This document shows positions 1 to 10,324 of a stretch of 64,000 nucleotides of DNA, one piece after another; position 1 is the stretch's first letter, and each line of letters begins with the position of its first letter. Source of the stretch: Candidatus Omnitrophota bacterium (lineage in GTDB: Bacteria; Omnitrophota; Omnitrophia; Omnitrophales; Aquincolibacteriaceae); NCBI GenBank assembly GCA_043821445.1, contig JBDRCT010000040.1, positions 26,745 through 90,744 of the forward strand, written 5' to 3'. The position numbers and the translations under genes were made by a program. The notes below the pieces were generated by a model, which was not told where the DNA came from, made no database searches, and saw only the letters and a program-made list of their open reading frames with translations.

Positions 1-1288
1 CCCTTCTGACAGCGAGTTGATCCTCGTTTCCATCATGTTCTCTCAAGATTGGCCTTATGCCCGGGAATTTTTAAAGGCGCTGAGGAAAAAGGCCCCACAA
101 GCTAAGATCTTGGCTGGAGGTGAGCATGTTACCGCTTTACCGGAATACAGTATGAAGGAGTCTTCCGAGATCGATCTCTGCGTTCTGGGAGAGGGCGAGC
201 TGGTTCTTGAAGAATTGCTGTCAAAATACGCGTTCTCCAAGTCATTACCGCAAGATCTGCCGGGCACTTGCGTACGGATAGCCGGTGAGATCAAAAAAAA
301 TCCAAGAAGGGAACTGATCAAAGACATCAACGTTCTTCCTTGGCCTGACTGGAACGATTTTCCTTTAGAGAATTATCTCGCCGGAGGGCACGGGTTCGGG
401 GTTAATCTCGGAAGATCGATGCCCATTCTTGCGAGCCGGGGATGCCCCTATCAATGCACCTTTTGTTCGTCCCATACGATGTGGACCACTGCCTGGCGGG
501 TCCGGACCCCGGAAAATGTGGTCGAAGAGATGGCTTATTATATTAAAAAATACAAGGTCACGAACTTTGATTTTTATGATCTCACTTTTGTCATAAAAAA
601 AGACTGGATCGTCCAATTCTGCGAATTGCTTATTGCCAAAGGCTGGGATACCACTTGGCAGCTTCCGAGCGGTACTCGCTCTGAAGTTATTGATCGCCAA
701 GTGGCTGCTCTTCTTTATCGGGCAGGTTGCCGGAATCTTTCCTATGCTCCAGAATCCGGTTCCGAGGAAGTGCTGAAGATGATCAAGAAAAAGATCAATT
801 TATCCGACATGCTGTCATCGATGAGCGCCTGCGCCGGGGAGGGATTAAGCGTAAAAGCTAATATTGTTTGCGGGTTCCCGGGCGAAACGTGGCAGCACTT
901 GCTTCAGACGTATTTTTTTATTTTAAAAGCGGGCTGGACCGGCATGGATGATCTATCCATTAACCAGTTCAGTCCGTATCCGGGAAGCGAGTTGTTTGAC
1001 TTTCTGATAGAAAAAGGCGAGGTTAAACTGAATGGGGAATATTTTGAACACCTCTCCTCCTATGCAAGCATGACCACGGCTCACTCCTACAGTGAACACT
1101 TGTCAAATCGGGATATTTTGATTTTTAAGCATCTCGGGACGCTGGGTTTTTACGGAGTTAGCTTCCTAAGGAGGCCTTGGAAGTTGCTCCGGGTGATACG
1201 AAATATTTTCAAGGGCAATGAGACATCCCGGCTTGAGAAGACGTTGCTTTCTTATTTAAAACGATTCCGGCAGGAGCCGGCGTCATGA
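1..1288 (+). CDS. B12-binding-domain radical SAM protein (class B rSAM, putative sugar methyltransferase); 5' end truncated by the window edge
   Basis: The frame is open to nt 1 with no upstream stop; the ORF track starts at a TTG at 17. CxxxCxxC motif RGCPYQCTFCSS. The N-terminal KILAGGEHV segment looks like a cobalamin-binding fold. Paralogs at 37188 and 42694. Confidence 0.75.
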   Translation, partial: PSDSELILVSIMFSQDWPYAREFLKALRKKAPQAKILAGGEHVTALPEYSMKESSEIDLCVLGEGELVLEELLSKYAFSKSLPQDLPGTCVRIAGEIKKNPRRELIKDINVLPWPDWNDFPLENYLAGGHGFGVNLGRSMPILASRGCPYQCTFCSSHTMWTTAWRVRTPENVVEEMAYYIKKYKVTNFDFYDLTFVIKKDWIVQFCELLIAKGWDTTWQLPSGTRSEVIDRQVAALLYRAGCRNLSYAPESGSEEVLKMIKKKINLSDMLSSMSACAGEGLSVKANIVCGFPGETWQHLLQTYFFILKAGWTGMDDLSINQFSPYPGSELFDFLIEKGEVKLNGEYFEHLSSYASMTTAHSYSEHLSNRDILIFKHLGTLGFYGVSFLRRPWKLLRVIRNIFKGNETSRLEKTLLSYLKRFRQEPAS

Positions 1289-1349
1289 ACATTAATTGAT
1301 GGATAACTAGCTCAAAAAAAATTATTATACAACGCAAACAAGAGAGGGT

Positions 1350-2126
1350 GTGTCTATGAAAGCAGTGATCCTGGCAGGCGGGTATGGGACGCGGTTGAGC
1401 GAAGAAACGGATGTGATCCCGAAGCCCATGGTCCAGATCGGAGGGAAACCGATTCTGTGGCATATCATGAAATACTACGCCTCTTTCGGCGTTCATGATT
1501 TTGTTATCTGCTGCGGGTATAAGGGGTATGTCATCAAGGAATATTTTGCGAATTACTTCCTGCATACGTCCGATGTCACATTCCATATCGCGTCAAACCG
1601 AATGAAAGTCCATCAAAAATATGCGGAAGACTGGCGAGTCACCCTGGTCGATACGGGAGAGAACGTCATGACCGGCGGCCGTCTTCGGCGCATCCGGCAA
1701 CATTTAGATGAAAAGCCGTTTTTAATGACCTATGGCGATGGATTGTCGAATGTGGATCTCAAAAGCCTGCTGGGCTTTCACAAAAAGAAAAAACCTCTCG
1801 TTACGGTTACTGCAGTGCAGCCTCCCGTCCGTTTTGGCGCTCTAAGCATTAGGAGCGGGCGTGTCCAAAAATTCCAGGAGAAAACCGCTGGTGACGGCGG
1901 TTGGGTCAACGGTGGGTTTTTTGTCATTGAGCCTAAAGCCCTAAATTATGCCCGCGACGACCGTACGGTTTGGGAGCGTGACGTCATGGAGTTACTCGCT
2001 AAAGACGGGGAACTTGCGGCCTATCAACACTCCGAGTTTTGGCAACCCATGGATACCCTGCGCGACAAACAACACCTCGAAGAACTTTGGCGCTCCGGAA
2101 AAGCGCCTTGGAAAGTCTGGAAATGA
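1350..2126 (+). CDS. rfbF: glucose-1-phosphate cytidylyltransferase
   Basis: GTG start at 1350. MKAVILAGGYGTRL ... PKPMV ... GGKPILWH nucleotidyltransferase motifs. Length (258 aa) and order upstream of rfbG/rfbH match the Ddh pathway. Confidence 0.9.
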   Translation: MSMKAVILAGGYGTRLSEETDVIPKPMVQIGGKPILWHIMKYYASFGVHDFVICCGYKGYVIKEYFANYFLHTSDVTFHIASNRMKVHQKYAEDWRVTLVDTGENVMTGGRLRRIRQHLDEKPFLMTYGDGLSNVDLKSLLGFHKKKKPLVTVTAVQPPVRFGALSIRSGRVQKFQEKTAGDGGWVNGGFFVIEPKALNYARDDRTVWERDVMELLAKDGELAAYQHSEFWQPMDTLRDKQHLEELWRSGKAPWKVWK

Positions 2127-3256
2127 ACGTTCGGCATCCTTTTGGTAATTTTTATAAGAACCGCCGGATCCTTGTAACCGGGCATACCGGGTTTAAGGGA
2201 TCATGGCTCTCGATCTGGCTGACAGAACTTGGAGCCAAGGTCACGGGCTATTCTTTGCAACCGCCTACGAAGCCGAGCATGTTTGCCCAATGTAAATTAT
2301 CGCGGCACATGCATTCTATTACGGGCGACATCCGGGATCTGACAAAACTTTCCACGGTCATTGAATCAACGCGTCCGGAGGTTGTTTTTCACCTTGCCGC
2401 ACAATCGTTGGTCCGGAGGTCCTACCGTGACCCGATCGAAACGGTTGCGACAAATGTTCTCGGAACCGTGAATGTCCTCGAAGCGATCCGTCAACGAGGA
2501 AAGTGTGTCAGGGTTTGTCAATTGATCACCTCGGATAAATGCTATGCCAACCGCGAGATCGATCATGCCTATGCGGAGGAAGAGCCGATGGGAGGACATG
2601 ATCCGTATAGCGCGAGCAAAGGTGCCGCCGAGATCATGATCGCGTCTTTCCGGAGATCTTTTTTTTCTCCCGTATCGCATCTTCCACGCAAAATTTCCGT
2701 CAGCTCTGCGCGTGCGGGAAATGTCATTGGCGGGGGTGATTGGAGTGAAGACCGCATCCTTCCCGATTGCATCCGGGCCTTATCACGGAAGAAGCCGATC
2801 CCGGTGAGAAACCCCCGTGCGATCCGGCCATGGCAACATGTCTTGGATGCTTTGTCCGGTTATTTGCATCTGGCACACCTCCAATCGACCGGTGATGCGA
2901 TCTATGCGGATGCTTGGAACTTTGGACCCGAAAAGGACGAGAAAATGACGGTGGCCGACCTGGTAAAAAATGTCATCGGCTGCTGGGGGGGCGGGTCCTG
3001 GATCAAAAATAAACCTGCGAAGGCCGGAACAAAATTGCACGAAGCGACGCTCTTGAAGTTGGATTGCAGGAAAGCAGAAAAGCTTTTGAAATGGCGTCCT
3101 GTTTACACGGCTGAAGATTGCATCAAGCCGACGGTAGCATGGTACCGGGAAGCGTGCCGTGGAAAATCCCATTTTGACGGATTCGCATTGACTTCGGCTC
3201 AGATACACCGCTACATGAATACTGCAAAAAGGCGGAAGATCCTATGGGCGGTTTAA
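2123..3256 (+). CDS. rfbG: CDP-glucose 4,6-dehydratase
   Basis: ATG at 2123 overlaps the rfbF stop (ATGA). [19 protein letters not shown]ossmann NAD motif. SDR-type short-chain dehydrogenase with the YxxxK region. The track ORF from 2039 is an in-frame upstream extension. Confidence 0.88.
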   Translation: MNVRHPFGNFYKNRRILVTGHTGFKGSWLSIWLTELGAKVTGYSLQPPTKPSMFAQCKLSRHMHSITGDIRDLTKLSTVIESTRPEVVFHLAAQSLVRRSYRDPIETVATNVLGTVNVLEAIRQRGKCVRVCQLITSDKCYANREIDHAYAEEEPMGGHDPYSASKGAAEIMIASFRRSFFSPVSHLPRKISVSSARAGNVIGGGDWSEDRILPDCIRALSRKKPIPVRNPRAIRPWQHVLDALSGYLHLAHLQSTGDAIYADAWNFGPEKDEKMTVADLVKNVIGCWGGGSWIKNKPAKAGTKLHEATLLKLDCRKAEKLLKWRPVYTAEDCIKPTVAWYREACRGKSHFDGFALTSAQIHRYMNTAKRRKILWAV

Positions 3257-4587
3257 GTTCGGCTAAAAAGTTAAAGACGGTGGCACTACGCAGGAAGATC
3301 TTCGGGCTCGTTGAGGAATTCGCAGAAGTTGCACATGTCCCGCAATCCTTCAAACCGGGCATCACTCACGTGCCGGTGGCCGGCCGTGTTTATGGCGCCC
3401 GCGAGTTGCAGCTTTTAACCGAAGCCGGGCTTGATTTTTGGCTGACGACAGGCCGATTTAACGAGCAGTTCGAAAAGCGGCTCGCGTCATTTCTTAAGAT
3501 CCGTTATGTTTCCACGACAAATTCCGGCTCCTCCGCCAATCTTCTCGCCGTAGCCGCTTTAACCTCTCCCAAATTAGGGGATCGCGCGCTCAAACCGGAC
3601 GATGAAGTGATCACGGCTGCAGCCTGTTTTCCAACAACCGTGAATCCATTACTCCTCTACGGCCTAAGGCCCGTCTTTGTGGACGTTGCCATCCCGACCT
3701 ACAATCCAACTGCTAAGCTGGTCGCGGCGGCCATTACGAAAAAGACCCGTGCGATCATTTTAGCGCATATGCTCGGAAATCCTTTTGAGGCGGAGGCTAT
3801 TGCCGATCTTGCAAAAAAGCATGATCTTTGGCTCGTTGAGGATTGCTGTGACGCGTTGGGCAGCACTTATAACGGTAAGCGTGTCGGCACGTTGGGTCAT
3901 ATCGGAACGGCGAGCTTTTATCCCGCCCACCATATTACAATGGGAGAGGGTGGCGCCCTTTTCACCCAAGATGCATCTTTAAAGCGACTGATCGAGTCTT
4001 TTCGCGACTGGGGGCGTGATTGCTATTGCGATCCCGGAAGAGACAACACCTGCGGCAAGCGATTCACGCAACAATACGGAGATCTGCCGAAAGGTTACGA
4101 TCATAAATATGTTTACTCCCATGCGGGTTACAACCTGAAGATCACTGATATGCAGGCGGCCGTCGGACTGGCTCAAATGGACCGTCTCGAACAATTCATT
4201 AGCATCCGTAAGCGCAACTTCGCGTTCCTAAAAAAGAAGTTTGCGGGGCTTGAAGAGTTTTTTATCTTGCCGGAAGCAACTCCCGGCAGTGATCCGGCCT
4301 GGTTCGGTTTTCCGCTGACCCTACGCTCGAAGGCGCCATTTACTCGCGAAGAACTGCTTCTTCATCTGGATCAAAAACGGATCGGTACAAGGCTGTTGTT
4401 TGCGGGGAATATCACCCAACAGCCGTACTTCAAAGGCCGGAAATACCGGATCAGCGGCGATCTGAAAAATTCTGACACCATCATGAGAAATACCTTCTGG
4501 CTAGGCGTTTACCCGGGACTTACGAAAGCCATGCTGGATTATGCCGGGGATGCGGTCGGAAATTTTGTGCGGAGAAGCCGTGGTTAG
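3244..4587 (+). CDS. rfbH: CDP-4-keto-6-deoxy-D-glucose-3-dehydrase (E1), PLP/PMP-dependent DegT family with [2Fe-2S] motif
   Basis: Colinear over its whole length with RfbH/DdhC as recalled from enterobacterial O-antigen clusters ([43 protein letters not shown]). Cysteine cluster [20 protein letters not shown]. Confidence 0.9.
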   Translation: MGGLSSAKKLKTVALRRKIFGLVEEFAEVAHVPQSFKPGITHVPVAGRVYGARELQLLTEAGLDFWLTTGRFNEQFEKRLASFLKIRYVSTTNSGSSANLLAVAALTSPKLGDRALKPDDEVITAAACFPTTVNPLLLYGLRPVFVDVAIPTYNPTAKLVAAAITKKTRAIILAHMLGNPFEAEAIADLAKKHDLWLVEDCCDALGSTYNGKRVGTLGHIGTASFYPAHHITMGEGGALFTQDASLKRLIESFRDWGRDCYCDPGRDNTCGKRFTQQYGDLPKGYDHKYVYSHAGYNLKITDMQAAVGLAQMDRLEQFISIRKRNFAFLKKKFAGLEEFFILPEATPGSDPAWFGFPLTLRSKAPFTREELLLHLDQKRIGTRLLFAGNITQQPYFKGRKYRISGDLKNSDTIMRNTFWLGVYPGLTKAMLDYAGDAVGNFVRRSRG

Positions 4588-5491
4588 GTCGCCATTGCGT
4601 AAAAAGACAGCCTTGGTGACCGGGGGGACCGGATACATCGGCTTTTATCTCATTAAAAAATTGTTGCGGGACGGTTGGAAAGTGCATGCGCTCGTTCCGG
4701 GATTTGATGATCCGAAGAAACTCGCAGGACTGTCCGGCCGCTTATCAGTGCATCGTTACGACGGTAAGACGGAGACCGTTTCGAAGATCCTCCGCAGGAC
4801 GCATCCCGACACCGTTTTTCATTTGGCCGCAAAGATTTGCGTGGATCATGAATCCGAGGATATCGAGCCGACCATCGAAGCGAATATTTTGCTTGGGACT
4901 CAATTACTTGAGGGAATGAAGCGCGAGGGTGTTCGCGACTTCATAAACACCGGGAGTTTTTGGCAACATTTTGAGGGGAAGTCTTATGATCCCGTCAATC
5001 TGTATGCGGCCAGCAAGCAGGCTTTTGAGGACATCCTCCGGTTTTACACGGAGGCATGCGGTATCCGGTCGATCACGCTGAAGCTGTTTAACGTCTATGG
5101 TCCGGCGGACTCCAGGAATAAGATCATTCCGCTCTTTGAAAAATACTCTAAAAGCGGCAAACTGTTAACGATGTCGCCCGGAAAACAAATGATGGATCTT
5201 GTTTATATTGATGATGTTGTCAAGGCGTTCTGCCATGCGGCCAAACTTATAAAAAAGTTAAAAGGAAACAAGCCGGAAAACTGCTACGCTGTGACTTCTT
5301 CCCGGCATATCGCGTTGCGGAAAGTCGCGGCGATCTATCAAAAGATCGCCGGGAGGGATCTGAGGATCCAATGGGGCGGACGACCTTACCGGGCACGAGA
5401 AGTCATGGTCCCCTGGAAGGGAAAGCCGCTTCCGGGTTGGAGGCCGGCCGTAACTCTTGAAATGGGTATCCGGAAAATAGGAGGATCTTAG
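4541..5491 (+). CDS. NAD(P)-dependent epimerase/dehydratase family (CDP-paratose/abequose-synthase-like 4-ketoreductase candidate)
   Basis: [15 protein letters not shown]ossmann motif, SDR fold. It sits directly after rfbFGH. The start is uncertain: ATG 4541 overlaps rfbH by 47 nt, and a GTG at 4580 with a GGAG upstream is an alternative. Confidence 0.6.
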   Translation: MPGMRSEILCGEAVVRSPLRKKTALVTGGTGYIGFYLIKKLLRDGWKVHALVPGFDDPKKLAGLSGRLSVHRYDGKTETVSKILRRTHPDTVFHLAAKICVDHESEDIEPTIEANILLGTQLLEGMKREGVRDFINTGSFWQHFEGKSYDPVNLYAASKQAFEDILRFYTEACGIRSITLKLFNVYGPADSRNKIIPLFEKYSKSGKLLTMSPGKQMMDLVYIDDVVKAFCHAAKLIKKLKGNKPENCYAVTSSRHIALRKVAAIYQKIAGRDLRIQWGGRPYRAREVMVPWKGKPLPGWRPAVTLEMGIRKIGGS

Positions 5492-5492
5492 G

Positions 5493-6473
5493 GTGAACAG
5501 AACAAAGAACCTTATCTCGATCGTTGTTCCGGTTTATAACGAAGAGGATAACGTCGCTATTTGTTATTCTGCCGTCAAAAGCGAGCTTGATAAGATCACG
5601 GATCGCTATGACTACGAATTTGTTTTTACAGACAACTGCAGCACGGACAAAACATTCCAACTGCTCGCGGAGATCGCGGAGAAAGATCCCCGGGTCAAAG
5701 TGGCACGGTTTTCAAAGAATTTTGGCTATCAAAAGTCGATCTTTACGGGCTATTGTCTTGCTGCCGGAGCTGCCGCGATCGAAATGGATGCGGACCTCCA
5801 GGACCCGCCCCAATTGATCCATGAGTTCATCGGTCAATGGGAAAAGGGATTTCAGGTGGTTTTTGGCATTCGAAGATCACGGCAAGAAAGCTGGTGGAAG
5901 GCTAAGATCCGAAAGGTTTTCTATCGATGGATCAATTTTTTGTCGAGTGAGGATCTCCCGCTTAACGCGGGAGACTTCCGTCTTGTGGACCGCGTCATCC
6001 TCGACCAACTCCGACAGCTCTACGATGCGACCCCTTATCTTCGGGGTACCATCGCAACGCTCGGATTTCGCCAGATCGGGATCCCCTATGACCGGGCGCC
6101 GCGTATCCGAGGCAAGGGGAAATTTTCAATACCGCAGCTTTTTGCTCTAGCATTGGACGGGATCCTCAATCACTCCGTGGTGCCGTTACGCGTGGCAACA
6201 TTCACCGGGTTTGCGTTTTCCGGAGGTTTGCTGTTCTATTTTCTGGTTCTCTCTATCCTTACGGTTTTTTTTGACGTTCCTTGGCCTAAGGGTTTTGCGA
6301 CCCTCACGATACTGATCCTTATCTCGATCAGCTTGAACGCCCTTTTTCTCGGAATTATTGGGGAATATCTTGGAAGGATCTACAAACAGATCAAGGCGCA
6401 AGCTCTCGTGGTGATCGATCAGACGCTGAACTTAGATAAGCAAAAAACAAGATCTCAAATTCCAAAACCATAG
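5493..6473 (+). CDS. GT2 polyprenyl-phosphate glycosyltransferase (GtrB/ArnC/DPM1-like) with C-terminal TM helices
   Basis: ISIVVPVYNEE ... DNCSTD ... EMDADLQDPP (DxD) motifs. Two C-terminal hydrophobic helices. Confidence 0.8.
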   Translation: MNRTKNLISIVVPVYNEEDNVAICYSAVKSELDKITDRYDYEFVFTDNCSTDKTFQLLAEIAEKDPRVKVARFSKNFGYQKSIFTGYCLAAGAAAIEMDADLQDPPQLIHEFIGQWEKGFQVVFGIRRSRQESWWKAKIRKVFYRWINFLSSEDLPLNAGDFRLVDRVILDQLRQLYDATPYLRGTIATLGFRQIGIPYDRAPRIRGKGKFSIPQLFALALDGILNHSVVPLRVATFTGFAFSGGLLFYFLVLSILTVFFDVPWPKGFATLTILILISISLNALFLGIIGEYLGRIYKQIKAQALVVIDQTLNLDKQKTRSQIPKP

Positions 6474-6484
6474 AAGAGGGGACG

Positions 6485-7465
6485 ATGGCTAAAAAAGCTC
6501 TCATTACCGGGATCACGGGTCAGGACGGATCCTATTTGGCGGAATTTTTACTTTCCAAGGGTTATGAGGTCCACGGGATCGTCCGGCGCGTGGCCCTTGA
6601 AGATCCCGCGCATCGCACCTGGCGGATCAATCCTATCCGCGACAAGGTAAAGTTGCACTCGGCTTCTTTGGAAAGTTATTCAAGCGTTTTCAATGTGGTC
6701 GAGAGGGTCCAGCCGGACGAATGCTATCATCTCGCAGCGCAAAGTTTTGTGAGCTATTCTTTCGAAGATGAATTCTCGACCATGAACACGAACATCAACG
6801 GCACGCACTCGGTTCTATCCGCTATAAAAGAAAGAGCGCCCAAGTGCCGTTTTTATTTCGCAGGCTCGAGCGAGATGTTCGGCGTAGCTCCGCAAAGCCC
6901 GCAAAACGAGAACACGCCACTCTTCCCGCGTTCTTCGTATGGGATCTCAAAACTTGCGGGTTTTCATTTGACGCGAAATTACCGCGAGGCCTATCATTTG
7001 TTCGGCACAAGCGGGATCCTTTTCAACCATGAATCCCCGCGGCGCGGCTTCGAATTCGTGACGCGCAAGATCACCGATTCGGTCGCCCAGATCAAGTTGG
7101 GCATTGAAAAGGAACTGCGGCTTGGAAATCTGGACGCCAAGCGCGATTGGGGTTTCGCGGGGGATTATGTGAAGGCCATGTGGATGATGCTCCAACAGGA
7201 GAAACCGGATGATTTCGTGATCGCAACGGGCGAGACCCACACGGTCCGGGAATTCCTTGAACTGGCATTCGGGCGCGCGGATCTTGACTGGCAAAAGTAT
7301 GTTAAAAAGGACGAGCAGTTTTTTCGTCCGGCCGAGATCTATGAACTTAAAGGCGATTATTCCAAGGCCCGAAAGATTCTTAAATGGGAACCCGCCGTAA
7401 ACTTCAAAGAGCTGGTATCCATGATGGTGGATGCGGACCTCATGCGCCATCAACAAAAAAGATGA
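6485..7465 (+). CDS. gmd: GDP-mannose 4,6-dehydratase
   Basis: MAKKALITGITGQDGSYLAEFLLSKGYEVHGIVRR is the canonical Gmd N-terminus; SDR fold throughout. Confidence 0.9.
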   Translation: MAKKALITGITGQDGSYLAEFLLSKGYEVHGIVRRVALEDPAHRTWRINPIRDKVKLHSASLESYSSVFNVVERVQPDECYHLAAQSFVSYSFEDEFSTMNTNINGTHSVLSAIKERAPKCRFYFAGSSEMFGVAPQSPQNENTPLFPRSSYGISKLAGFHLTRNYREAYHLFGTSGILFNHESPRRGFEFVTRKITDSVAQIKLGIEKELRLGNLDAKRDWGFAGDYVKAMWMMLQQEKPDDFVIATGETHTVREFLELAFGRADLDWQKYVKKDEQFFRPAEIYELKGDYSKARKILKWEPAVNFKELVSMMVDADLMRHQQKR

Positions 7466-7576
7466 GATTCCTTCACGCGCCTGGCATCTGTGCTTGCTCC
7501 CCCCTGATGAAGTTGCTAGAATCAGTCTTCCTAACAAAGGGCTTGCAGAGAAAAGAATGATCCTTGAGGACTCAAG

Positions 7577-8569
7577 ATGAAAAAAAATAAAAAGGACACC
7601 TACTGGCGGGGTAGAAAAGTCCTGGTGACAGGGGCCGACGGGTTCATGGGGTCCCATCTTACGGAGCGGCTCGTAGAGATGGGGGCGCAGGTTTCCGCGC
7701 TGGTCCGAGGCTCTTCGGTCAGCGGCACCTATAAATACGAACTAAAGAACATCGCCCATCTCAAGCCTCATCTGCACCGGATCATCGCGGTCAATATCGG
7801 AAGTCACGACTCCACTACGCTGGTTAAAAAGCTTAACCCCGAGGTCATTTTCCATTTGGCGGCCGACGCCTATGTCCCGTATTCGTTCGATCATCCCTTC
7901 GAGGTCATGGCGACCAATCTTCATGGGACTTTGAATATGCTTCACGCCGCGATGCGTTGCAGTGATCTCGAGAGGATCGTATGTACTTCATCGAGTGAGA
8001 TCTACGGAACGGCGCAAACAGCTTCCATTGATGAGAACCATCCTCTGAATCCGACCTCGCCTTATGCGGCATCCAAAGTCGCGGCGGATCGTTTCGCCTT
8101 TTCTTATTTTTTGACGTATCATCTTCCGGTGGCGATCATCCGGCCTTTCAATACTTACGGTCCGAGACACACTTATGACGTGATCCCCAAGTTCATTGAT
8201 CTCGCCTTCAAGGACGAGCCGATCACCATTTATGGCGATGGTACGCAGAGCAGGGATTTTACTTATGTGGACGATATGATCCGCGCTTTTTTGATCATGG
8301 GACAGCACAAGGACGCCATCGGGAGAGCCGTCAATTTCGGCACGGGCAAACACGTCAGCGTCAACAGGACGGCACAGCTGATCGTGGAGAAAAGCGGGAG
8401 CCGCTCAGAGATCGTCCACATAAAAAAACGGATGGCGGAAGTCAAAAAACTACTTTGCAATCCTGGATTAGCCCACAGCCTGTTCGGCTGGAAAGCAAGG
8501 ATCGGCATTGAAGAAGGGTTAAAGCGGAACATCGAATGGCACCGTCAGCATCGCGTCAAGCCCACATAG
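7577..8569 (+). CDS. NAD-dependent epimerase/dehydratase (possibly GDP-4-keto-6-deoxy-D-mannose reductase, Rmd-like)
   Basis: VLVTGADGFMGSHL Rossmann motif; YxxxK-type SDR. Adjacent to gmd. GAGGA SD upstream of ATG 7577. Confidence 0.6.
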   Translation: MKKNKKDTYWRGRKVLVTGADGFMGSHLTERLVEMGAQVSALVRGSSVSGTYKYELKNIAHLKPHLHRIIAVNIGSHDSTTLVKKLNPEVIFHLAADAYVPYSFDHPFEVMATNLHGTLNMLHAAMRCSDLERIVCTSSSEIYGTAQTASIDENHPLNPTSPYAASKVAADRFAFSYFLTYHLPVAIIRPFNTYGPRHTYDVIPKFIDLAFKDEPITIYGDGTQSRDFTYVDDMIRAFLIMGQHKDAIGRAVNFGTGKHVSVNRTAQLIVEKSGSRSEIVHIKKRMAEVKKLLCNPGLAHSLFGWKARIGIEEGLKRNIEWHRQHRVKPT

Positions 8570-9111
8570 CTCCAACCGCTATCATCGATCCCACGGCCTG
8601 CATCGGAGCAGGGACCAAGGTTTGGGCCTTCTGTCAGATCGGGGAACATGCGATTGTCGGAAAGGATTGCGTTATCGGGAATGGCGCGTATATCGACCGT
8701 CATGTGCAAGTTGGGGACCGGGTCCGGATCCAGAACAAGGCCCTTCTGTATCACGGCCTGATCGTGGAAGATGACGTTTTTATCGGTCCCGGTGCGGTCT
8801 TCACGAATGATCCGTGGCCCCAGAGTGGAAAGACCCGCGATCTAAAAGGGATCTCCTGGAAAGTTCGCAAAGGCGCATCGATCGGGGCCAATGCGACGAT
8901 CCTTCCTGACGTTGAGATCGGTGCCCATGCGGTGGTGGGAGCCGGTGCCGTGGTCACAAAACATGTTCCGGCGAATGCTCTCGTCTACGGTAATCCGGCA
9001 AGACTGAACGGCTATGTCTGTACCTGCGGGCATATCTTGCGCCTGAAGAGCCGCTCCCAAAAGTTCCGCTGCCCTGAATGCGGCAAAAACCCGGCAGCCA
9101 CGCCCAGATAA
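8536..9111 (+). CDS. left-handed beta-helix (hexapeptide-repeat) acyltransferase with C-terminal CxxC...CxxC zinc ribbon
   Basis: Repeated [LIV]G-x-x-x-x-I hexapeptides (IGAGTKV, IGEHAIV, IGNGAYI, ...). C-terminal CTCGHIL ... CPECGK motif. The start overlaps the upstream gene by 34 nt. Confidence 0.7.
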   Translation: MAPSASRQAHIAPTAIIDPTACIGAGTKVWAFCQIGEHAIVGKDCVIGNGAYIDRHVQVGDRVRIQNKALLYHGLIVEDDVFIGPGAVFTNDPWPQSGKTRDLKGISWKVRKGASIGANATILPDVEIGAHAVVGAGAVVTKHVPANALVYGNPARLNGYVCTCGHILRLKSRSQKFRCPECGKNPAATPR

Positions 9112-9127
9112 GAAGCTGAGGAAGAAC

Positions 9128-10306
9128 ATGGCCCAATCGGTCCTGAAAAACAACAAAGAAGTGTCCGACCAGGTCCGGCTTGCCTTTCAATGGCTGCAGA
9201 ATTCCGGCATTCAGATCCGATCCCAAGACCCTCAAACGAACGGAGGCGTTTGTTCCTGGTTTGATCTCGAACGCAACTCTTATCCGTTCATTTACGCAGA
9301 AATTACCGGATACGCGGTCAACGCGTTCTTGTTCCAGCACAAGATTACGGGTGATCTGTCTTATCTGACCTCTGCGGTCAGAGCGGGAGACTGGCTTCTG
9401 AAGAACCGTTGCTCCCAAACCGGTCTGGTCCGGACCCGCCACTGGCTAGATGAAACCAAAGCCCCCTATTATGATCAGTATTTCTTCACCTTTGACCAAT
9501 GGATCATTGTTTACGGCCTGGCCTGTTTGGCGGAGGTCACCCGGGAGCCTCGATTTCATGAAGGCGCAACTTCTATCGCTAAATACCTGCTTGCCAAAAC
9601 GCTCAGGAGCGACGGCTTCTTTTATCCCTTGTACGATGGCGCTCAGCACAGATCCGTGGAATTCGGCGATAAATGGTCGCGTCAGGCGGGTAGTTTTCAT
9701 GCCAAAGCGCTTATGGCGCTTTCTAAACTTTTCCAGATTACCGGAGAACCGGCCTACCGTCATGCAGCAGAGCGGTTGCTTACAAAAACTCTATTCGCGC
9801 AAACCCCCGAGGGTCGTTTCATCACTCAGGACAGCGATCAAAGTACCCACCTCCATCCTTTTCTGTATACGCTGGAGGGTCTGGCGTCCTACGCGCTTTC
9901 GGAAGGCAAGAAAGAGATCCTAATCGCGGTGGAACGCGCCATGAAGTGGGTCCTGGACCGGCAAAATGCCGATGGTTCCCTGTACTGCTTTTATCAAGGC
10001 GGAAGTTTCAGGCCCTGCGTTAGAGCTGATATTATGGCCCAGGTACTCAGGATGGGTACGATCCTGACGCAGCAGGGGCTTCTGGAGGGATCCGCACAAT
10101 CTCTCGATAAACTCCGTGGAAAATTGGAAACCTATCAGGTTCCCGAAGGATCTCAGACTGGCGGCTTTATGTATGGACAGGAAGAGAACGGCGCGGTGCA
10201 CAGTCATGTGAACGCCTGGGTCACCATGTTCGCATCTCAAGCGATGTGCATTCACGACGGCCTACGTCAGACACGCCCCTCTTACGATATGTCGTTTTTT
10301 GTTTAA
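9128..10306 (+). CDS. hypothetical protein, possibly an (alpha/alpha)6-toroid / six-hairpin-like enzyme of unknown specificity
   Basis: 392-aa soluble protein with a good SD (GAGGAAGAACATG). Aromatic- and acidic-rich repeats (W/Y/F-rich helices) are reminiscent of AGE/glycosidase-like toroids. No secure family assignment from sequence alone. Confidence 0.35.
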   Translation: MAQSVLKNNKEVSDQVRLAFQWLQNSGIQIRSQDPQTNGGVCSWFDLERNSYPFIYAEITGYAVNAFLFQHKITGDLSYLTSAVRAGDWLLKNRCSQTGLVRTRHWLDETKAPYYDQYFFTFDQWIIVYGLACLAEVTREPRFHEGATSIAKYLLAKTLRSDGFFYPLYDGAQHRSVEFGDKWSRQAGSFHAKALMALSKLFQITGEPAYRHAAERLLTKTLFAQTPEGRFITQDSDQSTHLHPFLYTLEGLASYALSEGKKEILIAVERAMKWVLDRQNADGSLYCFYQGGSFRPCVRADIMAQVLRMGTILTQQGLLEGSAQSLDKLRGKLETYQVPEGSQTGGFMYGQEENGAVHSHVNAWVTMFASQAMCIHDGLRQTRPSYDMSFFV

Positions 10307-10324
10307 CCCAACTCCGGAATTGCC

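Noticed and set aside
2039-2122. Upstream in-frame extension of rfbG in the ORF track
   Set aside because: It lies entirely inside rfbF. The ATG at 2123 overlapping the rfbF stop (ATGA) gives the canonical N-terminus.
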